Assembly (NCBI RefSeq): GCF_030028105.1
Contig: NC_092402.1
Coordinates: forward strand, 33,650,843-33,714,842
DNA from: Mobula birostris
Taxonomy: Eukaryota
Length of the DNA: 64,000 bases
Direction: 5' to 3'
The position numbers and the translations under genes were made by a program. Each line of letters opens with the position of its first letter. The stretch's first letter is position 1. Below, in pieces: positions 49,551 through 61,850 of this stretch. The notes under the pieces were generated by a model. The model was not told the origin of the DNA. It saw only the letters and a program-made list of their open reading frames with translations, and did no database searches.

Positions 49551-51009
49551 AATAAATTGGGAAGACCCCAGCTGATATCTATTTCACATAAATAAGTATA
49601 GTTGTTTTTTTTTAAATTTAGGCTAAGGACTTAAATGTTTTAGTCATTTAAATGATACATTTATATTAAATTTAGCTTCTTACTTATTATCCACAAGAAG
49701 ACATACTAACATCTTTTATTTGTGTCAACCACACTAATTTATTATCATATTCATTTCTAACTTCCTAAGTTTCCTTCATATTTTCATAACAGTATCATTC
49801 TTGTAAGGTTCTGTTTTAGCAAATAAAATTTTTCCTCATTGTTGTAAATATTTTATAATGAGAGGGAACTACAAGTATTAAAGCAATGGTCTAATATTAT
49901 ATTTTCAGTGTTCAATACACATCTCTGTATGCATTTTCCCATTTATTGTAATCTATTTTTTCATTAAATTTACTGACAGAGAAAAATGGGAGCCTTGGAG
50001 GTGGAATGGAGATGACCGCTTTGAGAAGTGGAAAGGTTCACGCTCGTGAATTAGCAAATGCTATGTGACTGTTATGACACCCCACTCAGGCAGGAACTTA
50101 ACCAAAGCTGTATCTTTCACATTGAAATACTTGAAAATAATGCAGTTTCCTTGGATAAATCTCATATTTCTAATGGTATTCAATTGAAGTTTGCTTAGCA
50201 GGGAGAAAGCAAGGAACTATTGATCCACTATGAGCTTCACACTTCAATGGTCTAGCACTGATGGAGTAGATTCCAACATCAACTCCACCTTCACTCCAGG
50301 GAAAATGCATTCACTGGAAGAAGGCTGAAATGCTGCAAATCAATCTATGTCCAGGATTTGGTAACTTTTAGTAAGGAGAAGATAATCAGTAAATGGCAGC
50401 ATCTGAAGGTTCTGGTGGAAGACCATCAGCATGAGCTACTTACTCCATCTCCAAGGGCTCCTCAACCTGAAACATTAACTCTGTTTCTCTTTCAAAAACT
50501 GTTGTCTTACCTGTCAAGTGTTCTCAATTTAATTCTGGATTTGTTTCCATAACATTTGTACTTTTTTATATTAATATCCTCTGTTCCTTAAAAAATTGGA
50601 AATCATAAGCTTCAGATATTTAATTGATTTTTTTTTGTAAGGGTCCTCCTTGAGAAACAGAGCAGTGAAATGAATTGTCTTGAAATGTTAAAGTTTTTTT
50701 GTAACCAATATGATTTAAAACATTTCAGATGTGGTACTTGTGATACTTTTCCAATATTAGTAGCACAGTATCTGACAGAAAATGCAAATTTAAGAGAAGT
50801 GCACTATTTCATGATTAAATGATAGTAAGGATCAGCTATCTCAATGTGCGATCCCAAGTGACATATAAAATGACCCCGTCATCAAAGGAGAAAATAGGTT
50901 TTAGTGATCAGTCATAAATTTCAGTCACCAAGGAGACCATCTGTTCATTCTATTTTTGTTCTATATCCAGAATGCAAAATCTTTTTAAAGTTTTTTAATT
51001 GTTGTATCC

Positions 51010-51350
51010 ATATTTTACCTGCTCATTTTCTTCCCCTTCTCTGACATGCTTATTTTACTTTCACCTCCCCACTGGTGCCCCTCATCCTTCCCTTTCTCCG
51101 ATAATCCACTCTTCTCTCCTATCAGATTCCTTCCTCTCCAGCCCTTTACCTTTCCCACCTGCCTGGCTTCATCTATCACCTTCTAGCTTGTCCTCCTTTT
51201 CCCACCCCCCTCCCACCTTTTTATTCTAGTGTCTTTCCCCTTCCCTTCTAGTCCTGAAGAAGAGTCTTGACCTGAAAAGTTGATTCTTTATTCATTTCCA
51301 TGGATGCTGCCTGAACTGCTGAGTTCCTCAAGCATTTTGTGAGTATTGCT
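51010..51350 (+). mobile_element. Penelope 3' UTR and pLTR with mutated hammerhead (51250-51285)
   Basis: Reverse-complement homologue of about 6110-6420; agtcctgaagaagagtcttgacctgaaaagttgatt. Confidence 0.8.
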
Positions 51351-51404
51351 TTTTTAAAAAAAAATACTTTTCCTTTGCATGGCTCTACTCGCCAGAATTT
51401 GGAT

Positions 51405-52740
51405 TTCAGAATCAGAATCAGAATCAGGTTTATTATCACCGGCACGTAATGTGAAATTTGTGAACTTAGCAGCAGCAGTTCAATGCAATACATAATATAG
51501 AAGAGAGAAAAAAATCAATCATTCAATCAATCAGTTACAGTATATGCATATTGAATAGATTAAAAATCACACAAAAAAACAGAAATAATAAGTATTTAAA
51601 AAGTGAGGTAATGTTCATGGATTCAATGTCCATTTAGGAATCGGATGGGAGAGGGGAAGAAGCTGTTCCTGAATCACTGAGTGTGTGCTTTCAGGCTTCT
51701 GTACCTCCTACTTGATGGTAACAGTGACAAAAGGGCATCCCCTGGGTGCTGGAGGTCCTTAATAATGCACTCTGTCTTTCTGAGACACCGCACCTTCCAG
51801 ATGTCCTGGGTACTTTGTAGGCTAGTGCAAAGCCTACAATGGAGCAGATGAAGATTACAATCCTCTGCAACATCTTTCAGTCCTGTGCAGTAGCTACCTA
51901 CCCCCCACCTCCCAATACCAGACAGTGATGCAGCCTGTCAGAATGCTCTTCATGGTATATCTATAGAGGTTTTTTGAGTGTTTTTGTTGACATGCCAAAT
52001 CTCTTCAAACTCCCAATGAAGTATAGACACTGTCTTGCCTTCTTTATAGTTGCATCAATATGTTGGGACCAGGTTGGGTCCTCAGAGATCTTGACACTCA
52101 GGAGCTTAAAACTGCTCACCCTCTCCACTTCTGATCCCTCTATGAGGATTGGTATGTGTTCCTTCGTCTTACCCTTCCTGAAGTCCACAATCAGCTCTTT
52201 TGTCTTACTGACATTGAATGTAAGATTGTTGCTGCAACACCACTCCACTAGTTGGTATATCTTGCTCCTGTATGCCCTCTCATCTCCATCTGAGATTCTA
52301 CTAACAATGGTTGTATCATTAGCAAATTTATAGGTGGTGTTTGAGCTATGCCTAGCCACACAGTCATGGGTATAGAGAGAGTAGAGCAGTGGGCTAAGTG
52401 CACCGGTGTTGATCGTCAGCAAGGAGGAGATATTGTTCTATTTATTATAAATTATTATAAATTACTATAATTGCACATTGCACATTTAGACAGAGATGTA
52501 ATGTAAAGATTTTTACTCCTCATGTATGTGAAGGATGTAAAAAATAAAGTCAATTCAGTTCAATTCAATACTATCACCAATCTGCACAGATAGTGGTCTT
52601 CCAGTTAGGAAGTCAAGGATCTAGTTGCAGAGGGAGGAACAGAGACCCAGGTTCTATAACTTATCAATCAGGATTGTCGGAATGATGGTGTTAAATGCTG
52701 AGCTATAGTCGATGAACAGCATCCTGACATAGGTTTTTGT
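51405..52740 (-). mobile_element. Rex1/Babar LINE 3' portion, with a second LINE tail inserted at about 52437-52570
   Basis: ORF 51961-52422 [31 protein letters not shown]; (ctgatt)n tail. Confidence 0.9.
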
Positions 52741-53209
52741 GGCTTTGCACATAAGCGCAGCTTCTAGGCAAATAAATTTTTAATAAAATCATCAAAATTA
52801 GAGTCTGACCTTGCTCAGAGTTCTAAATGGTGAAGCATTATGGTTAATTATTAAAATACCAAAAACATATGGTAGATATTAATTTTCCAATAGGTTTTTT
52901 GTACATATGTCTAGATGCACAGAATGGTCTGCCTAATTATTATTTGGAATCTGACATATGGATTATTTCAACTCAAATTGAATGAAATTTTAATCAGATC
53001 ATCAATATTCTGATGCATGTTTATTCTACAATGAATTGGTCCACCCAGGGACCATTATATGAATGTGAATTTGTAATGAATTCAAAGAAAATGATCCAAG
53101 AATGCAGAAGATGGATTACATTTTTGTATTGTTTGATATTTTTGGAAGAGTTTTTAATATTTCAATTGCAGGTTTATAAAAACTTTTAGAACTAGTTGGT
53201 TAAAAAGGA

Positions 53210-53391
53210 AAACAACAGGAATTCTGCAGGTGCTGGAAATTCAAGCAACACACATAAAAGTTGCTGGTGAACGCAGCGGGCCAGGCAGCATCTCTAGGAA
53301 GAGGACGAAGGGTCTCGGCCTGAAACGTCGACTGCACCTCTTCCTAGAGATGCTGCCTGGCCTGCTGCGTTCACCAGCAACTTTTATGTGT
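53210..53391. mobile_element. Young Penelope pLTR fold-back insertion with TSD
   Basis: 59-bp near-perfect inverted arms 53246-53304 / 53337-53395; gttggttaaaaagga duplicated at 53195-53209 and 53392-53406. Confidence 0.9.
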
Positions 53392-53529
53392 GTTGGTTAA
53401 AAAGGACATTGGAACTGATTGTAACTTTTCAAATAGATCTAAGCAAAAAAAAATTCATTTCATACACAAGAGGCCTCCGTGGAAAGTAGACAATAACATG
53501 AAAACTCACAGAAAGATATAAAATGTGAT

Positions 53530-54130
53530 TTATTTTATATTATTGTTATATGCACAAGTACATGTACACACAGGTACAATGCAAAACTTACAACAACTTT
53601 AAAGGCACATAGCATCAAATATGCAATATTCACAAAGAAAAACATATATATAAATTATACTCAATTTTTACAAGAAAGAACACAATTAGAACAAAAGAAG
53701 TCTATTGTGGTGCAAAGTGGGCAAAATTGGTCATGTACAGCATTGTGATGTTGAGGTAGTGGTAAGGGTTGAGCAGGTTGGTTCAAGAACCGAATAGTTG
53801 AAGGGAAGTTGCACACATCAAAGTTGCTGGTGAATGCAGCAGGCCAGGCAGCATCTCTAGGAAGAGGTACAGTCGACGTTTCGGGCCGAGACCCTTCGTC
53901 AGGACTAACTGAAGGAAGAGTTAGTAAGAGATTTGAAAGTGGGAGGGGGAGGGGGAGATCCAAAATGATAGGAGAAGACAGGAGGGGGAGGGATGGAGCC
54001 AAGAGCTGGACAGGTGATTGGCAAAAGGGATATGAGAGGATCATGGGCTGTTCTTACACCTGTTTGTGTTTGGCTTCAGGCTTCTGTACCTTGCCCCAAT
54101 GGTAGCTGTGAAAAGATGGCATGGCACAGA
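53530..54130 (-). mobile_element. Rex1-type 3' UTR fragment interrupted by a Penelope 3' end (53811-54046, minus)
   Basis: gaagggaag|insert|gctgttctt continuity; the insert is the same young subfamily as 53210-53391. Confidence 0.75.
53871..53906 (-). ncRNA. Intact minimal type I hammerhead ribozyme
   Basis: AGUC-CUGACGA-A-GGGU(CUCG)GCCC-GAAA-CGUC^GACU: all core nucleotides present, stems I and II paired, palindromic ACGU in place of stem III; predicted cut between 53875 and 53874. Confidence 0.8.
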
Positions 54131-54696
54131 TCGTGAAGGGAAGTGAAGGCTAGTGAAGGTGAAGGGCCTCAATCTGCTGCATCAGGCTACCTAACAGAGA
54201 GAAACTTGGCTTTTAGAATGTGAATGAACTGAAAGATCAACTGTGCTTATAACAACAGTGCTTTTAAAAGACAAGTTGAAGGTTGATGAAATAAACATGA
54301 CAATGACAGGGAAATAAGTGCAAATTAGAGTGGGTGTTTTCAATAGTATAGAAGGGACACCTTCAGAGTAAGGCAGATTGACTAAGGAAGGAAAAAGGAT
54401 AAAAAAAAGAAAAATATGATACTTTAAAGTGGAAAGAATAAAAAAGAAAAAATATGATAATCTAAAATTTAGCTTTTTTAAAATGCTCAACAAAATTTAA
54501 TACACAGGGAATAAGATACTTCACTTGTAATAGTTAGCTTTCAGTGACAGAGAATTTTGTAAACATGTATGACAACAAAGAGATATCAGGTAGTTTGTTG
54601 GATATCAGCTTTAGGACAACTGAGCTCTGTATCTATGTCTCAGCTAGAAAGTTGTCTTACTATGAAGACCACCACTAGCCCATGTTGTTTGGAAGG

Positions 54697-54749
54697 CAGG
54701 GCTTGAAGACTGCATGATGATTTGACAGGGCTTGAAGACTGCATTATGA
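54697..54749. repeat. Tandem duplication, 29-bp period
   Basis: cagggcttgaagactgcatKatga at 54697 and 54726. Confidence 0.85.
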
Positions 54750-56049
54750 GTGCAACCAGACAATCAAATTATTTTGATAATGGCCTGATAAAGCCTGGGT
54801 GCTTTGAGCTGAGATGCTGCTGGAACAGCACACAAATACCTGAGATATATAAGTGGCTCCTTGATCATAGAAAATATAACTTTGGAAGGAGGAAATGTCA
54901 ATCAAGTGCTGTATGTTGTGTGCTAATAAGACAGGTCAATAATTGCAGAATTGTTTCACTGTGGATATGTTGTAATAGTGCTGCATGTAAAACAAAAATA
55001 CCCAATACCTGCTGGTTCTTTGTCTGAAATGCAACTCTATGTCAGACATAGATAATAAAGCACAGCTCACCAGTCCACCATTTTCCCTATACAATAAACA
55101 TGACTTAGAGTCTCCTGAGTGACACCTTGGATTTCCCACCTGTTACCCTCAGTCTGCAACAGACGTAATTCCATTGCCTGCTGCTTACAGTATTATTCAA
55201 AAGGATGAGTACACAGTGCTCCAGCTTCAACAATTGAATTCTTAATTATTGTATTGTAATAGATTATACTGTAAACATGAATGTTCACAGAGGCAAATAT
55301 GGATTAATAGACACAAAAATTGATCCCACTTTACCTGTAAAGCAAAATACTTCCCCTGCCCCATCCTTACTCAAATCAGCAATTTTCTTATTCAAATATT
55401 GATGTGTAATTCAATAAGGTGGTAGAGAAAGCTAAATAGGAAGATCGAAATTTTGTAATCATCTATAACGCTATTCCCTGCAGAGTGAACCTGACAGAAT
55501 CACAGATGTTATGCTGATACTCTCAAGATGTTAACACTTTAGCCAGAAAGTTAAAATGATTAAAACTATGTATGCTGGGAGCTGAAGCTGAACAGGGACA
55601 GGCATTTAATTCCAACGATTCTGGGCAGGAAAGATTTCACAAAGGACAGAACTTTTTCTTCTTACTTTCTGGCATTTGCCTCAAGGAATCTGGTCTCTTT
55701 GCTTTCTGCTAGTTATATTTTATTAACGCCTGAAAAATTTGATCTGACGAAACTTAGAACTAGGTAGCAGTTTTAGAGAAATACCAACCAGCTAGGGACT
55801 CGGGTACCTGCACATTGCAAGGACCAGGTACAGAATGTGCAGGAGGTCAGATTCCGGGCGTACTTGCAGTCAATAAAAAAGAACTTTCTCACAACACATG
55901 CAGACTCATAAGATTCTTACTTTTCACGGCACACGTAAGTGTAACCTGGTGAATCAGTGGTTCACTTGCACTTCTTCCAATTCAATGTACTGCATTTGAT
56001 GCACTTGACGAACTTGATTAGATTTAATTTTTGATACCTTCAAAAGGCA

Positions 56050-56358
56050 GTGCCTCAAGAAAGCAGCGTCCATCTTTAAAAACTCTCACCATCTAGGACA
56101 TGCCCTCTTCTCATTACAACCATCAGGGAGGAGGTATGAGAGACTGAAGAAGCTTCACCCCCTCCGCCATCGGATTTCTGAATGGTCCATGAACCCATGA
56201 ACACAACCTTACTACTTTCCTCCCTTTTTACACAATTTATTGGTTCATCATTGTAACCTACAATATATATTTTTAAAGTCTTGTGCAGTACTGCTGCTGC
56301 AAACCAACCCATTTGATGACATATGTTGGTGATAATGAACCTGATTCTGATTTTGATT
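56050..56358 (+). mobile_element. Rex1-type 3' end fragment
   Basis: tgcctcaagaaagcagcgtccatc..ccatcagggaggagg..gataatgaacctgattctga tail. Confidence 0.7.
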
Positions 56359-57640
56359 CAATGTGGTATTCTCTGCAATGGAGAAACCAAAAGCAGGTCT
56401 GGTAACAGTTTGGTAGGGCTCCTGTTTTTTTTTGTAATTTATTTTTTATTGAATTTCATCATCAAGCAAACATTACCATAAGATATATTTCAGATACTGT
56501 ACATATATATCATATAGTCATACTTGCCACAAATCTCCACATAATACTTATCTGAGGTATACACTTATAGAAAAGAGAGGGAAGACAGAACAAGTAAAAG
56601 GAGAAAACTTTGTAAAAGTAAGGAGTGATTTTTCTTACAACATATTCATTGATTTGTGAGAATAAAATCAGGCCTATGAGGTGTTATGTAGTTAAACCAT
56701 TTTTTCCAGTATGAATCAAATTGCTCCAACTTATGATTAACAGATGCTGTTATCGTCTCCATTTTGTAAATGTCCATTGTAATTTCCATCCATACATTTA
56801 AAGTTGGGCTCTCCTGTGATAACCATTTCCTGGTAAGAGTCTTTTTACCAGCCACCAGCAATATAGTCATTAAATATTTATCTCTTTTCAACCATTCTTG
56901 AGGTATATACCCAAAATATATGGTCTTACTTTCTAAGGGTATTTCACATTTAAAGATGTCTTGTAGGGCATTGTGTAAGGGTTCCTGTTTTTAGGGCGTA
57001 GAGGCGACAATGACTTTCCTGTTGCCTGCTACTTTAATTCTCCATTCTATTCCCATTTTGATTTACCTCCTGCAGCATCCTGTTATGACAGTCCAAAGCA
57101 AACTGCAGGAGCAACATAGCTTCCATCTTGACACAACACAAAGAATGTTGGAGGAACTCAGTGGGACAGGCAGCATCTTTGGAGGGAAGTAGACAGTTGA
57201 CGTTTTGGATTGAGACCCTGTATCAAACACCGTGCTGACTACCAAACACAATGTCAAGTTGATCAATACCAGTAAACATGCTTTTTCTGTCTGCTTCAGA
57301 AATGCCATTTCTGCTCTAAGTCTTCCGTGACATTGGCTCTGTTTTACCCTCTTTATTAGCATAGACTGACCTGTCAGTTACATCTGGCAGCCCTATTTGC
57401 ATTTCTCTGTTTGTATTATCAGTATCTAACTATGTTGTAGTCCATCAACCACAACACATCTGCACAGTAACACTGGCCTCACCCAAACAGAAATATTCTC
57501 TCTGCCCTCTCTCTTTCTCAAATTGACTTGTTTTCCTCTCTTTCAAGTTCTGACAAAGGGTCCTCCACCTGAAACGTTGACTCAGATTTTCTTTCCACAG
57601 TTGCTTCTCGACCTGCTGAGTGTTGCCTTAATTTTCTGTT
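56359..57640 (+). mobile_element. Old Penelope GIY-YIG/3' remnant, interrupted by an L1 and a pLTR fragment (57131-57226)
   Basis: QCGILCNGETK (compare RCSLLYIGET), FPVACYFNS..KLQEQH; hammerhead relic agttctgacaaaggg..cctgaaacgttgact at 57546-57582. Confidence 0.6.
56430..56977 (-). mobile_element. L1 LINE 3' fragment with TSD
   Basis: ORF 56646-56891 (RKWLSQESPTLNVW..E..F..YWKKW) resembles fish-type L1 ORF2 C-termini; AATAAA and A tail; TSD agggYtcctgttttt at 56415-56429 / 56978-56992. Confidence 0.8.
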
Positions 57641-58529
57641 ATAATGTAAAGCAACAGGTCTTTAGGAAGTCTTTTTAGTTGATGAAAAAGAGTGAGTAAA
57701 ATCAGCAATGATATGGATAGCAGAATTGCAGCAGTGCTGGTGGTAAAGCTGAAGGAGATGGTAGTGACAAGCTATGGCGGAGCCATACCTGGGTTTGAAA
57801 ACAAACAAAATTCTTTTCTTTTAAGAGAGTTTGCATGGTGGACAATATGGTCAGTGAGCATTGGATAATATGCAACAAGACTTGGGTGACCTCAAGTGCT
57901 TGGGGGTTAGAAAATGTGAGGTTGATAAGGGCTATATTGGAGTAGGCAAATCCAAAGAAAACGAAGGCATGGCCATTCAGTTAAAAAGTGCCATTGCTGT
58001 CAAACATTATCCAGATAATTTGGCTTGAGGTACTTTACTTTGACCTGTTCCATTCTCTCTATCCTTATCTGACATTTTGCTTTTGCTTCCTAATAACATG
58101 TCTCTGATACTCATACAAGGTACTTTGAATTCTCAGGTGACAAACCTTTTGTGGGCTTTGTACTCCGGGATCACTAAAGGTCATGATTGCTTTCTCATTA
58201 TCAGCAATGAACATATGCAGTGAGGAAGCAACTGTCATATGATGATAAGTAAAAGATTTTAATAATTAATGCCTTGTTCTGATTATTAGGCTTGGACCGA
58301 CGAAAATAATGATTTTCTAAGTTTCTACTGGATTTTCCTTTGACAAGACAAAAGTGCCTCTCAAGTTCCTGACTTTTCTTCTGGGAGTTTATCATGCAAG
58401 CCACCTCCTCTTTGCCTTCTGCTTATTTTCTCCACTGTTCAGAAGACATGAACTCTGCTGTAGCAGGCAATTATTCCCCTGTAACTAGCTAGAGGCTAAT
58501 TTACATAAAAGAGCTGCAATAGTGTTGTC

Positions 58530-58680
58530 ATAAACACAAGAAATTCCGCAGTTGCAGGAAATCTTGAGCATTACAAGTAAAATCCTGATGAAGGGTCTCA
58601 AGCTGAACTGTCGACTGTTTATTCCCCGCCATAGATGCTACCTAACTTGCTGAGTTCCTCCAGCATTTTCTGTGTGTTGC
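58530..58680. mobile_element. Penelope pLTR fold-back insertion
   Basis: aaacacaagaaattccgcag.. then cctgatgaagggtctc..gtcgactg..cagcattttctgtgtgttgc; tgcaatagtgt duplicated at 58515 and 58678. Confidence 0.8.
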
Positions 58681-59044
58681 AATAGTGTGAGTATTTTACC
58701 TGGAGTCACAGAATCCACTTGTCACTGAATATCACAGATCCAACAGGCAGGGCTTCCCAAGCCGTTTTCTAATTTGATCCTATTTTTAATGCTGAAGACT
58801 TGACGCAATCCCAGGACACTGACCAAAGCCAAATTGCAATCAATGGGTACAAAGTTCCAAAAAAACAGAAGTGTGATGATCATCAGATTATTCCTAAAAG
58901 TCAATATTAGTCAGGACAACAAAAAGAATTCCTGAGGATTATTCAGATGGAATTTTTTTTACACTTTTTTATCCATTAGTCTGGGTCTCAATTTGAAGAT
59001 GGCAAGTTTGACATTCCCTCAGGAAACTTCTTAAGATGAAAGAT

Positions 59045-59176
59045 ATTTATTTATTGATTGATTGATTGATTGAGATACAATGTGGAATAGGCCTCTTCAG
59101 CCCTTCAGTGGGAACTGAACCCTGGTCGCCTGTACTGTAAAGCGTTGTGCTAACCACTACACTACCATGCCGCCCT
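59045..59176 (-). mobile_element. Internally deleted V-SINE (head joined to tail) with (ATTG)n microsatellite
   Basis: Minus strand gggcggcatggtagtgtagtggttagcac..gggttcagttccc joined to gaagggctgaagaggcctattcc and a (caat)n tail. Confidence 0.7.
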
Positions 59177-61169
59177 ATCATATCATATGACAGTGAGTAG
59201 GTAATGGATTGTTTAACTGAATCCCTTTTGTTAAAGTCGGCACATTTATATTTCTGAATAAGATTTTATTCCTGCAGATGTTGTGCCCCAGAGACGAACA
59301 TCGTGTGCAGCTCATGACTCATCAGGCATCATCAATTGTTCATCCTTTATCACCCCAATCCATTCTCCCGTATGTTCAACACAGTCTCTCTTGACAGGCA
59401 GTTCTTTAAAACTTGTAAGGAAAGAGGCAACAAGTATATTCCAGTTTAAACATTATGGAAACATTTCTATTAACGGAAAGAAGCACAGAAATATTAGGCC
59501 GACTTTTGATGGAAAAATAATCGTCCAAATTTTGCATTTGCAGGTAAGGGTAATCTCCACCCTGGCTTTCCCTAATGTTGACTTGGTGATTTATCCAGTG
59601 CTCATTTCATTTTTTCCAAAGTCAATTATTCTCTGGCATCAGTTCCAGGAGACTTGTAATATCAACAACAGTAATATCAAGCAAACTGAACAGCCAATCA
59701 TACACTGAAGATCTCTCAGGCAAAAAAATATCAGGAAGTAAACACTGCAATTTATATATAATTCCTTAAATATTTTATAAACCCCAAGATGAAGTTTGAA
59801 ATGTACACATAGCATTATAGGAGGAAGGAACATATTGAACAAGCTTTAAACAATAAAATCTAATTCTCTTAAAATATTTTAAGCAGCTTTTAGGACTTGA
59901 AAATAGTTATCTAGAATAATGACAGTTGGGGCATCTATATTTTGAGGGTCAGAGATGGTTTTTACAGCAGGAATTATGGTTTATAAATCCATTTACACTT
60001 CAGCTAACCAAGTATGCCAGTCCATTGCAGAAGGATCAGCAACTGCACCTCCGCAGGCACTGAGTTCTCAGCTCCCAGAAGTCTTATTAATTCACTGATT
60101 TCTACAGATTAAGGGGAAGAAGACTATAATGTTACACCCCTTGGACACACATGGGATAAGTGCACATGTGTATTCTCCAGCTGAGGCTAGAATAACTTCA
60201 GTGTGATGGGGAGCACTGAGCGTGTCATTGTTTTTTTTCTTATCACAAATTCAAGGCAAAGATATATGATCAACTCATACAAATAATATTGCACATATCT
60301 GCTAGTAAATTCAAGAATTTAAAAGGGTACAGAACTTTCTGGTCAATTTTACATCACTCTGCAATTTGATTTACACAAGCTGTTTGTAGTCCGCAGACCC
60401 CTCATCCAATTCATAGTATTTGCACATTTACTGATCACTAAATTAGTCATAGAGGTCTATTAAACATTGTTGAAGCAACAGCAGTTAACTGGGGCTAGCC
60501 TGGAAGGAGAGCAATATCCCTGAGTCCCACTTATTCAGGTAGTAAATTAAAGACTTCAAAGACGGCTTGGAATTCTTTGGTGCCTTGAATGATATATTAA
60601 ATTGGCATTGCGTACTGGGTTAATAAACGGTTTCCTAATCTAAGACAGCAAAATCTTACAGTACACGAGGCTGTGCTCTTTTATTAGCCCTTGGAGATTC
60701 AGTGCACGAACAGGTAAATTTAATTGGTTCTTCACTTGTGCTGATAGCAGATAGGGAACGGAATTGATTTGTGGGTTACAAAGTGGGGTAGTGTTGTACG
60801 GGAGAGAGCCATAGCAGATGGGGATGGGAAACAGTCAGTCTTATGATCAATGCAAAACTTAAAGAGGTCCTACCTCATGTCGATTCCCATCGTCAGACAA
60901 TTTAAATAATGAAATAGCTCTTAGGTGTGCTGTGAAGGCTGGTGTGATCCATTGGGTTCTGGATAACGTCCTTCTGCTACTGGAGAGGGAGTGACATGGT
61001 TGGGTAAGGAAGCTCCTCAGTTATTGTGGTAGTATACCACGCCAGAGGACCACGTGAGTGGCAGCAGTGATATTGATGTGCAAAAATGTAATAGAACAGT
61101 ACTGAAAGCATTGACTATGAAGATAAAGAATGAAAAGAATAAAGTTAATTTTGATAGAAAAAAATCCAT

Positions 61170-61850
61170 TGGGCTCTGTTTACCCAAGAAAAACAGGCTG
61201 AGAAGTGTCCTTATAGAGGCTTACAAAATGTAGTATTGATACAGGCACTGGTTTATTATTGGCACAGGTACCAAGATATAGTGAAATGCTTTTGTGTGCA
61301 TCCAGACAGACAGACACACATAATTACACTGAGGTAGTAAAAAGAAAGGCGAATGCAGAATACACTTAGAGAATGTGCAAGGGACATATTCAAGTAGATT
61401 GGGATATCAAGACTTCAGGAGTTCATCCTTTAATATATGAGAGGTCCATTCAGAAGCCTGATAATGGTGGAACAGAAGCTGTCCTGGTGTCTGGTGGTTC
61501 ATTGCTCTCGAGCTTTTGCACCTTCTGCCCGACAGGACACAAATAAGGTGAATGGTTACAGTCCATTTTGCAGCATATGGCTGCCTAAAGCCAGAGGGCA
61601 TAGGTTTAAGATGACAGAGGCAAGATTTAAAGGGCCTTGAGAAGTTTTTTTTTCCACACAGAGGGAGGTGGGCATATGGAATGAGTTGGCCAAGGAGTTG
61701 ATAGAGGTAGGTATAATTACAATGTTGAAAAGACATTTGGACAGGAAGCATGTGGGCCAGTTGCAGGCAAATGAGACTAGCTGTGGAAGACATGGACAAG
61801 TTGGGCTGAAGGGCCCGTTTCTAAGACGTGTAACTCTATTGCATAGTTTA
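61170..61850 (+). mobile_element. CR1 3' fragment with a Rex1-type tail inserted (about 61245-61530, minus)
   Basis: ccagagggcataggtttaag..ttttccacacagagggaggtg..gggctgaagggcccgtttc. Confidence 0.7.
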
